From: Solirubrobacteraceae bacterium
Lineage (GTDB): Bacteria > Actinomycetota > Thermoleophilia > Solirubrobacterales > Solirubrobacteraceae
DNA length: 64,000 bases
Direction of reading: 5' to 3'
Assembly (NCBI GenBank): GCA_036271815.1
Contig: DATAZX010000013.1
Location: forward strand, 16,545-80,544
In this document: positions 8,448 through 15,592 of the stretch, in pieces
Position numbering within the stretch: position 1 is the stretch's first letter
Layout of the letters: each line of letters starts with the position of its first letter
The notes under the pieces: generated by a model
Told to the model about the DNA's origin: nothing
Database searches by the model: none
Seen by the model: the letters and a program-made list of their open reading frames with translations, nothing else
Made by a program: the position numbers and the translations under genes

Positions 8448-9938
8448 ATGAACGACGATGGGAAGTCAGACGGCCTCGTAGTACCTGCGAAGCTGCCGAA
8501 CAACACCGATTCGTCGGTGGCGGAGGTGGTGGAGGGAAGGAGGCCGGCCAAGGGAAACGCGGCCAGCAAAACGCGTCCCGGACACCGAGCCGGGTCAGAC
8601 GCGCCGAGTGCGCTGGATCGCGTGCGCCACAGCGCGCAGCAAGACAAGGAGGCACGGTTCACCGCGCTCCTGCACCATGTCGATGTCGATCGTCTGCGAG
8701 CGGCCTATCGGGCGTTGAACCCGCGGGCTGCGACGGGGACTGACGGCGTGACGTGGGCGGCCTACGGCCAGGATCTCGAAGCGAACCTTCGCGATCTGCA
8801 TGGTCGGGTGCATCGCGGGAGCTACCGGGCGAAGCCGACGAGAAGGGTGTACATCCCGAAGTCCGATGGGCGCAGGCGCCCGTTGGGGATCGCCGCACTG
8901 GAGGACAAGATCGTCCAGCGCGCCGTCGTGGAGGTGCTCAACGGCATCTATGAGACGGACTTCCTCGGCTTCTCCTACGGATTTCGGCCGGGTCGGTCAG
9001 CGCATGATGCGCTGGACGCGCTCGCGGCCGGGATCTATGGCCGGAAGGTGAGCTGGGTGCTCGACGCGGACATCCGCGACTTCTTCGGCCAGCTCGATCA
9101 GGGCTGGCTGAAGCGGTTTCTCGAGCACCGCATCGCAGACCGGAGGGTCCTGCGCCTGATTGACAAGTGGTTGGGCGCGGGAGTCATCGAGGACGGGAAA
9201 TGGACCAGGACCGAGGGTGGGACGGCGCAGGGAGCATCGGCATCGCCGCTGCTGGCCAACGTCTACCTGCACTACGTCTTGGACCTCTGGGCCCATCAAT
9301 GGAGAGGACGCAACGCGCACGGCGAGATGATCATCGTGCGGTACGCCGACGACTACATCGTGGGGTTTGAACGCGAGCGAGACGCCCGCCAGTTCCTCGC
9401 CGACCTTCGCGACAGACTCGCGAGGTTCAGCTTGGAGTTGGCGCCCGAGAAGACGCGGCTGATCGAGTTCGGGCGGCTCGCCGCCCGAGACCGCAAGCGG
9501 CGCGGACAGGGCAAGCCGGAGACGTTCGATTTCCTGGGCTTCAAGCACTGCTGCTCGAAGACCAAGAACGGGCGGTTCATGCTCAAGCGCATCACGATCG
9601 CCAAACGGATGCGGACCAAGCTGCGCGAGGTCAAGGACGACCTCAAACGGCGCCGTCATCTCCCGATCCCCGACCAAGGGCGATGGCTGGGCAGCGTGGT
9701 GCGAGGGCACTACGCCTACTACGCCGTGCCCGGCAACAGCGACTCGATCAACGCGTTCTACAACGAGGTCACCCGGTACTGGTACCGGTCGCTACGGCGT
9801 CGAAGCCAGCGCACACGGCTGACCTGGACGCGCATGAGACGCCTCAGCGCTCGATGGCTACCACCCCCCAAACGCATGCACCCCTTCCCCAACGCGCGCT
9901 TCGACGCCAGAACCCAAGGCAGGAGCCCAGTGCGCTAG
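8448..9938 (+). CDS. group II intron reverse transcriptase/maturase (no endonuclease domain evident)
   Basis: RT blocks include RRVYIPKSDGRRRPLGIAALEDKIVQ, QGASASPLLANVYLH and VRYADDYIVGF (YADD). A C-terminal X/maturase region follows (GHYAYYAVPGNS...RYWYRSLRRRSQ). Confidence 0.9.
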   Translation: MNDDGKSDGLVVPAKLPNNTDSSVAEVVEGRRPAKGNAASKTRPGHRAGSDAPSALDRVRHSAQQDKEARFTALLHHVDVDRLRAAYRALNPRAATGTDGVTWAAYGQDLEANLRDLHGRVHRGSYRAKPTRRVYIPKSDGRRRPLGIAALEDKIVQRAVVEVLNGIYETDFLGFSYGFRPGRSAHDALDALAAGIYGRKVSWVLDADIRDFFGQLDQGWLKRFLEHRIADRRVLRLIDKWLGAGVIEDGKWTRTEGGTAQGASASPLLANVYLHYVLDLWAHQWRGRNAHGEMIIVRYADDYIVGFERERDARQFLADLRDRLARFSLELAPEKTRLIEFGRLAARDRKRRGQGKPETFDFLGFKHCCSKTKNGRFMLKRITIAKRMRTKLREVKDDLKRRRHLPIPDQGRWLGSVVRGHYAYYAVPGNSDSINAFYNEVTRYWYRSLRRRSQRTRLTWTRMRRLSARWLPPPKRMHPFPNARFDARTQGRSPVR

Positions 9939-9957
9939 CAGCGCACGCTGGGATCTG

Positions 9958-9993
9958 CGCGGGGGGCCGCCCGAAAGGGCGGTCCCTACCGCG
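9958..9993 (+). ncRNA. group II intron domain V
   Basis: CGCGG-GGGGCCGCCC-GAAA-GGGCGGUCCC-UA-CCGCG. This gives a 5-bp lower helix, a 2-nt 3'-strand bulge, a 10-bp upper helix and a GAAA tetraloop. The catalytic triad position reads CGC rather than AGC, as reported for class C introns. Confidence 0.75.
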
Positions 9994-10017
9994 ATTGACA
10001 GCAGGACGGAAGCTTCA

Positions 10018-10088
10018 CTGGGGAGCCAGGATTCGAACCTGGACGAGCACTTCCAAAGAGTGCCGTGCTGCCATTACACCACTCCCCA
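10018..10088 (-). tRNA. tRNA-Gln (anticodon UUG)
   Basis: UGGGGAG acceptor with a U1-A72 pair, D-loop AAUGGCA, anticodon arm GCACU-CUUUGGA-AGUGC, T-arm CCAGG-UUCGAAU-CCUGG and G73. No encoded CCA. Confidence 0.9.
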
Positions 10089-10135
10089 GTAATTCGGCCA
10101 CAGGGCCTCGGACAAGATAACCCTAGGATGCGCGG

Positions 10136-11530
10136 ATGCCAGATCTCACCGTCGTCGTCCTCGCCGCGGGCCAGGGCACGCGCATGCGCTCGACGATCCC
10201 GAAGATGCTCCACGACCTCTGCGGGCGCCCGCTCGTCGGCTGGCCGATCGCCGCCGCGCACGAGGCCGGCGCGACGACGATCGTGGTCGTCGACTCCCCG
10301 GCGGGCACGCTCGCGGGCCACCTGCCCGAAAGCGTGCGCAGCGTCGTGCAGCCCGAGCCCAACGGCACGGGCGGCGCGGTCCGGGCGGCCGCCGAGCAGC
10401 TCGCCGACGGCGCGACGATCGTCGTGCTCCCCGGCGACGCGCCGCTCGTCACGGCGACCGCGATCGCGGAGCTCGTCGACGCGCACGCGAGCGGCGCGGC
10501 GGCCGCGACGATGGCGACGATGACGCTCGAGGACCCGGCCGGCTACGGCCGCGTCGTGCGCGACGCCGACGGGGCCGTGCGGCGCGTCGTCGAGACCAAG
10601 GCGCCCGGCGACGCGACGCCCGAGGAGCTGCTGATCCGCGAGGTCAGCACCTCGATCTTCGCCTTCGACGGCGCCGCCCTGAAGGCCGCGCTGGACACGC
10701 TCACCCCCGACAACGCCCAGGGCGAGCTCTACCTCCCCGACGTGCTGCCCGCGCTGACTCGCGCCGGCCACGCCGTCGCCGCGCACCGCATCGCCGATCC
10801 CGACCTCGCGCTCGGGGTCAACGATCGCGTCCAGCTCGCACAGGTCCGCGCGATCGCCCAGCGCCGCATCCACGACGCCCACGGCCGCAACGGCGTGACG
10901 ATCGTCGATCCGGCATCGACCCTGATCGACGTCACGGTGACGCTCGGCGAGGACACCGTCGTCGAGCCGAGCTCGTTCCTGCGCGGGACGACGACGGCCG
11001 GGCGCGGCTGTCGCATCGGCCCGCTCACCACCCTGATCGACGCGATCCTGCACGACGGCGTCGCGATCCCGCACTCCTACGTCGTGGCGGCGGAGATCGG
11101 CGATCAGGCGACGGTCGGGCCGTTCGCCTACCTGCGGCCCGGCACCCACCTGCGGGAGCGCTCGAAGGCCGGCACCTTCGTCGAGATCAAGAACTCCGAC
11201 GTCGGGGCCGGCAGCAAGGTCCCGCACCTGTCCTACATCGGGGACGCCGACATCGGCGAGGAGACGAACCTCGGAGCGGCGACGATCACCGCCAACTACG
11301 ACGGGACGAGCAAGCACCGCACGACGATCGGCGACCGCGTCCACACCGGCGTCGACACGACGCTCGTCGCCCCCGTCACGCTCGGCGACGACACGTGGAC
11401 GGGCGCGAACTCGGCGATCACGAAGGACGTCCCGGCGCGCGCGCTCGCCATCGCCCGCGAGCGCCAGACCAACTACGAGGGCTACGCGGACCGCCGGCTG
11501 CGCGGCGGCGACGACCAGACGGACCACTAG
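10136..11530 (+). CDS. glmU: bifunctional UDP-N-acetylglucosamine pyrophosphorylase / glucosamine-1-phosphate N-acetyltransferase
   Basis: LAAGQGTRMRS...PKMLH nucleotidyltransferase motif, plus a C-terminal left-handed beta-helix with hexapeptide repeats. Confidence 0.92.
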   Translation: MPDLTVVVLAAGQGTRMRSTIPKMLHDLCGRPLVGWPIAAAHEAGATTIVVVDSPAGTLAGHLPESVRSVVQPEPNGTGGAVRAAAEQLADGATIVVLPGDAPLVTATAIAELVDAHASGAAAATMATMTLEDPAGYGRVVRDADGAVRRVVETKAPGDATPEELLIREVSTSIFAFDGAALKAALDTLTPDNAQGELYLPDVLPALTRAGHAVAAHRIADPDLALGVNDRVQLAQVRAIAQRRIHDAHGRNGVTIVDPASTLIDVTVTLGEDTVVEPSSFLRGTTTAGRGCRIGPLTTLIDAILHDGVAIPHSYVVAAEIGDQATVGPFAYLRPGTHLRERSKAGTFVEIKNSDVGAGSKVPHLSYIGDADIGEETNLGAATITANYDGTSKHRTTIGDRVHTGVDTTLVAPVTLGDDTWTGANSAITKDVPARALAIARERQTNYEGYADRRLRGGDDQTDH

Positions 11531-11544
11531 ACTCAGCCAAACCG

Positions 11545-12567
11545 ATGAGCGCGGTCGAGACGCAGCCGTTGCCGGCCACCCGCCTGAACCTCGGCTACGA
11601 CAAGAACCTCATGCTGTTCTCCGGGCGGGCGAACCCGGAGCTCGCCGCGAGGATCGCAGCGAAGCTCGGGATCGAGCCTGGGCCGGTCACGCTGAAGACG
11701 TTCACCAACGGCGAGGTGTACTGCCGCTACGGCGAATCCGTCCGCGGCGCCGACGTCTTCATCGTCCAGCCGACGTGCGCGAATCCCGTCACCGGGCTGT
11801 CGCCGAACGACGCCCTGATGGAGCTGCTGCTGATGATCGACGCGGCCGTCGGCGCGAGCGCGCACCGCGTCATCGCGGTCACGCCGTGGTTCGGCTACAG
11901 CCGCCAGGACAAGAAGTCCGCGCCGCGCGAGCCGATCTCGGCGCGGCTCGTGTCGCGCATGCTCGAGCGCGCCGGCGCCGATCGCGTCCTCACGATGGAC
12001 CTGCACGCCGGTCAGATCCAGGGCTTCTTCTCCAAGCCCGTCGACCACATGACGGCGCTGTTCATGCTGACCCAGCACTTCAAGGACCTCGGGCTGTCGG
12101 ACCTCGTCGTGGTCGCGCCGGACGCCGGCCGCGTGAAGCTCAACAAGAAGTTCGCGTCCAAGCTCGGCGCCGACCTCGCGATCCTCGACAAGGAGCGACC
12201 GGCACAGCAGGTCGCCGAGATCGGCCACATCATCGGCGACGTCAAGGGCAAGACGGCGATCATCGTCGACGACATCATCGACACGGCGACCACGCTGCGC
12301 GTCGCGGGTCAGGCCGTGCTCGACGCGGGAGCCAGGGCCGTCTACGCGGCCGCCACGCACCCCGTCATGAGCGGCCCGGCCTTCGAGAACCTCGCCGCGT
12401 CGCGCTTCGAGCAGATCGTCGTCACGGACACGATCCCGCTGCCGCCGGGCGCGCCCGCGAACATCACCCAGCTCTCCTGCGCCGACCTCCTGACCGACTC
12501 AATCCGCAGCATCTTCAGCGACCGGTCCGTCAGCGACGTCTTCGGCGGCGAGAACCAGCTCTTCTGA
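11545..12567 (+). CDS. prs: ribose-phosphate pyrophosphokinase
   Basis: LFSGRANPELA, DLHAGQIQGFF and the PRPP-binding loop TAIIVDDIIDTATT. The start is set at the ATG at 11545, after the glmU stop. Confidence 0.92.
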   Translation: MSAVETQPLPATRLNLGYDKNLMLFSGRANPELAARIAAKLGIEPGPVTLKTFTNGEVYCRYGESVRGADVFIVQPTCANPVTGLSPNDALMELLLMIDAAVGASAHRVIAVTPWFGYSRQDKKSAPREPISARLVSRMLERAGADRVLTMDLHAGQIQGFFSKPVDHMTALFMLTQHFKDLGLSDLVVVAPDAGRVKLNKKFASKLGADLAILDKERPAQQVAEIGHIIGDVKGKTAIIVDDIIDTATTLRVAGQAVLDAGARAVYAAATHPVMSGPAFENLAASRFEQIVVTDTIPLPPGAPANITQLSCADLLTDSIRSIFSDRSVSDVFGGENQLF

Positions 12568-12782
12568 ACGCGGCGGCGCGTGCCTAGGGGCGTCAGCGAC
12601 TTGTGCCCCGGTTCGCGCCAGTCGCTGATGTGAACGGGATGTCTGCGGCGTCCAAATTGACGGCATGGGTACGATGGCTATCGCAGGCTTGAACCATTGA
12701 GCGTCGCTTGCCGATACCGCTTGCAGTGACCATTCCGCCGCCGCGGTGGCCATCATGTTCATGGCGGCGATGAAAAGGGACG

Positions 12783-12989
12783 ATGACAATGACCGTGGCA
12801 GAACAAGTCCGCGCCGAGGAGAAGCTCAGCGAAGCGCTGGAGGAATTCGCTGGCGATTGGGTCGCTGTTCGCGAACACGCGGTGGTAGCCCATGCTTCTG
12901 GTCTGGAAGAACTCCTTGACGAGATCAAGGACACCGAAGTCGAGGCATTCTTCCAGGTCGCCGAAGACAGCTCCGCCTGCTTCTTCTAG
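12783..12989 (+). CDS. small acidic hypothetical protein (68 aa)
   Basis: MTMTVAEQVRAEEKLSEALEEFAGDWVAVREHAVVAHASGLEELLDEIKD... has protein-like composition and lies in a locally lower-GC patch. It sits directly upstream of, and overlaps, the retropepsin-like gene. I recall similar short proteins (a DUF5678-like pattern) next to such proteases, but have not verified this. Confidence 0.5.
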   Translation: MTMTVAEQVRAEEKLSEALEEFAGDWVAVREHAVVAHASGLEELLDEIKDTEVEAFFQVAEDSSACFF

Positions 12990-13404
12990 ACCGAAGACCT
13001 TCCCGTATCGCGCACGGAGCGCCGGCGCAGTCCTGAGCCCGGCCATCCCGCTGAAGCTACTGAAGCTCAACGGGGACATCCTGCCGTCCACCCTAGGGCT
13101 GGTAGACAGTGGCGCGGATACGTCGATGTTTCCGGCGGCTCTCGCTGCCATTCTCGGCATAGATCTGATAGTCGATTGTGCGACGGCGATGGGCACGACA
13201 GCCGGTGGGACAACGACGAACCACGTCTACCAGCCGGGCGTTGACGCGATCGTGATGGGCGAGAAGATCCACCTGGGTGCCACGTTCAACCAGGGGCTGC
13301 CGGTGATATTGCTCGGTCGCTGCGACTTCTTCGCCCTCTACAGGGTCTCATTCGACGAGCGACGACAGCAGTTTGGCCTCGACCGCTACGACGCAGCACC
13401 GTGA
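12892..13404 (+). CDS. retropepsin-like (clan AA) aspartic protease; start uncertain
   Basis: LGLVDSGADTSMFP carries the D-S/T-G-A active-site motif, followed by a flap-like and C-terminal ILLGRCDFF segment typical of single-domain retropepsin-like proteases. The only canonical in-frame start (ATG 12892) overlaps the upstream ORF by 98 nt. Confidence 0.7.
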   Translation: MLLVWKNSLTRSRTPKSRHSSRSPKTAPPASSRPKTFPYRARSAGAVLSPAIPLKLLKLNGDILPSTLGLVDSGADTSMFPAALAAILGIDLIVDCATAMGTTAGGTTTNHVYQPGVDAIVMGEKIHLGATFNQGLPVILLGRCDFFALYRVSFDERRQQFGLDRYDAAP

Positions 13405-13524
13405 CGCGCGCCCTCCACCTGGGTCCAGCGCGGCTGACAGCGGGTTGTGGGCGCAGCATCCCGCCAGCCTGCCCGTGATGCGGTCCGGCTTCGACGCTGG
13501 CTCGGCTAGCGTTGGCCCCAGCGC

Positions 13525-13830
13525 ATGGAGAGCCCCGCCGTCGACCTCATGCAGCGCCTCGGGCTCTCCGACGACGAGCTCTGCGAGATCCTCGCCGTCG
13601 ACCCGATCTCGGTCATCACCGGCGAGCTCGATCACCGGCCCGAGCTGAGGATCCTGCTCGACCTCACGGCGGAGGCGCTGCAGCAGGTCGGCCACGGGAC
13701 GCTGCGCTCGTGGCTGCGACGCCGCGGACCGAACGGGGTCCCGCTGGAGCATCTGCGCGCCCGCGACTTCGGTGCCTTCGAGGACGACCTCGAGGTGCTG
13801 GCAAACCGCGGCTTCGTGATCGGCGGCTGA
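13525..13830 (+). CDS. hypothetical protein resembling the DUF2384 (Xre/MbcA/ParS antitoxin C-terminal) domain
   Basis: ...LRSWLRRRGPNGVPLEHLRARDFGAFEDDLEVLANRGF resembles the W-L-x-P-x-P-x-L-GG-x-P-x-L pattern of DUF2384. No RES-type partner lies adjacent. Confidence 0.5.
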   Translation: MESPAVDLMQRLGLSDDELCEILAVDPISVITGELDHRPELRILLDLTAEALQQVGHGTLRSWLRRRGPNGVPLEHLRARDFGAFEDDLEVLANRGFVIGG

Positions 13831-13991
13831 CGAGCGCACCCGAGACCGAGACCGGGGACCGACCGGGCCGTCAAGCGCGTGCGGCAAGGCGCCGAACCTC
13901 GGACGTCCGTCCAGGCGTCGCACGCCGCCCGCCACACTCGACAGGATGTCGCCGGCGCCTCGTGGTCAACGGCACGAGGCGTCCGGCGGCG

Positions 13992-14267
13992 TCATTGCAG
14001 CTCGGGGCGCGTCTCGCCCGGCCAGATGCCGGTCAGCCAGTGAAAGCCCTTCGCCCCGCTGCGATTGACCGCCGCCTTCGTCACGGCGAACGTCGCGCCC
14101 TCGATCGCCGCCGCGCCGAGCACGCGACCCCACGTCGCCTCGAGCGTCGTCGGCTTCGGCGGCTCGCGCTCGTCGATGCGTCCCCAGACCTGCTCGAAGG
14201 CCTTGCGCGCGAGGATTCCGGCCACGATGCCGATGACGATTCCGAAGGGTTTGTAAAGAAGCTTCAT
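13992..14267 (-). CDS. DUF4235-like small membrane-associated protein
   Basis: MKLLYKPFGIVIGIVAGILARKAFEQVWGRID... is the typical DUF4235 N-terminus. A strong hairpin (13951-13987) lies just downstream. Confidence 0.7.
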   Translation of the reverse strand: MKLLYKPFGIVIGIVAGILARKAFEQVWGRIDEREPPKPTTLEATWGRVLGAAAIEGATFAVTKAAVNRSGAKGFHWLTGIWPGETRPELQ

Positions 14268-14326
14268 ATGCTCGCGCAGGGTACCCCTCCTGCGGCACAA
14301 TTGACCGCAACTACCGGGAGGCTGAC

Positions 14327-15025
14327 ATGGACCAGGCCGACGATCTTCTCCAGCGTGCGCTGCTCGACGCGGAAGCCTGCGCGTCCGTCGCCCTCAAGGT
14401 CGCAGACCTCCCGCTGTCGGAGGCCGTGACCGTGATCTTCCACGGCCGCCGCGACCTCGGCACGCTGCAGACCTACGTCACCAACGGCGGCCGCGACGCC
14501 GGCTCGGCCGTCGGCGCGGGCGAGTTGCTGCGCGTCCCCTGCGACCTCGACCTCGCCGACGCGTCCACGCGCGACGAGGCGGAGGAGCTCTACGCGGCGC
14601 AGGCACGCGCGCTGCGCGACGCCATCGTGGCCGCCGACACGGTGCTCGCCGTGTGGGCCGGGCCGCTCGCCGCCGCCACCGGCGGCGACATCGAGATCGA
14701 GCGCTCGATCGACCTCGGCGTGCGGCTTCCCGCGCACCGCCTCATGCCGGTCGCGCTGACCGCCCCCGAGCGCCGGATGCTCGTGGCCGCCGTCTGCGGG
14801 GCGCGCACGCTCGCGGAGGGGCGCCCGCCGATGGGGATCGTCTGCGCGCAGCAGGACCTCGCCCACGTGTACCCCCTGTCCGACGACCCCGAGCGCTGCC
14901 TCGAGGACTTCGAGCAGCGCGCGGCCAAGCACGCGCGCCGCCTCGTCGAGCGCCTGGACCACCAGGAGGCCTCCGTGCAGCGCTTCCTCGAGCTCAACGG
15001 AGACGACTTCCACCGCACCGGCTGA
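14327..15025 (+). CDS. hypothetical protein (232 aa)
   Basis: Acidic, normal-looking composition, while the overlapping ORFs are Arg-rich. No motif recognised. Confidence 0.55.
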   Translation: MDQADDLLQRALLDAEACASVALKVADLPLSEAVTVIFHGRRDLGTLQTYVTNGGRDAGSAVGAGELLRVPCDLDLADASTRDEAEELYAAQARALRDAIVAADTVLAVWAGPLAAATGGDIEIERSIDLGVRLPAHRLMPVALTAPERRMLVAAVCGARTLAEGRPPMGIVCAQQDLAHVYPLSDDPERCLEDFEQRAAKHARRLVERLDHQEASVQRFLELNGDDFHRTG

Positions 15026-15065
15026 ACCTCGCACGAGCCGGGGCCGAGCAACGCAGCGCGGCCCG

Positions 15066-15551
15066 GTGCCGCGCCGCGGGGCGCTCGCACGTGAGAATGG
15101 GCGCGTGAAGCGTCCCGTCATCATCGCCGTCGCCGTCATCGCCTTCCTCGCCATCGCGTTCTTCGTGACGCGCTGGCTGAACAACGACACCGTCGAGCGG
15201 GGCGACGTCGTCACGCTGCTCAAGGCACAGGCGCGCGGGGACCTGCCGGGAATGCTGAGCGTGCTCAAGTGCCCCGACGCGGCCTGCGTCGCCGTGGCGC
15301 GGGCGGACTCGCAGAAGCTGCACGGCACCGGCGAGGTGAAGATCGCGTTCTACACGTCCGGGACGGCGCATGCGGTGACCGACAAGACGAAGCCGACGCG
15401 CGTCGTCTGGTACACGCCCGACCGCCTCGCCAAGGGCCTCACCACCGTCCAGTGCGTGCTCGTGCGCCGCAGCGGCAACGTGCTGGCCGGGGCCTCCATT
15501 ACGCTGCTGCGCCTCAGCGCCCCGATCGGACACGAGGCGAGTTGTCCCTAG
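15066..15551 (+). CDS. hypothetical membrane-anchored protein
   Basis: N-terminal TM helix PVIIAVAVIAFLAIAFFV followed by a soluble domain with 3 Cys. The start may be the internal GTG (VKRPVII). Confidence 0.55.
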   Translation: MPRRGALARENGRVKRPVIIAVAVIAFLAIAFFVTRWLNNDTVERGDVVTLLKAQARGDLPGMLSVLKCPDAACVAVARADSQKLHGTGEVKIAFYTSGTAHAVTDKTKPTRVVWYTPDRLAKGLTTVQCVLVRRSGNVLAGASITLLRLSAPIGHEASCP

Positions 15552-15592
15552 GCACAACTCGCGTGGACGCGAGGTGTTGGGTCCCGACGAAC

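Larger units (their letters stand above)
8067..10018 (+). mobile_element. group II intron, bacterial class C-like, apparently full length (boundaries approximate)
   Basis: The RT/maturase ORF sits in domain IV. Upstream is about 380 nt of ribozyme sequence starting GUGAG at 8067. A textbook domain V lies at 9958-9993, and the 3' end reads ...GAAGCUUCAC. It is inserted just 3' of a stem-loop. Confidence 0.75.

Noticed and set aside
8074-8451. 125-aa ORF (MRESDIEGVAIHGGPESCVGVREG...) upstream of the intron RT
   Set aside because: It lies in the ribozyme domains I-III of the group II intron. I recall similar GPESC-type conceptual peptides arising from translating intron RNA, so it is most likely not a gene.
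12961-12995. Programmed +1 frameshift joining the 68-aa ORF to the retropepsin-like protease
   Set aside because: TTC-TTC-TAG-A offers no good re-pairing in the +1 frame, and no stimulatory SD-like element or structure was evident. It is kept only as a remote alternative inside the finding.
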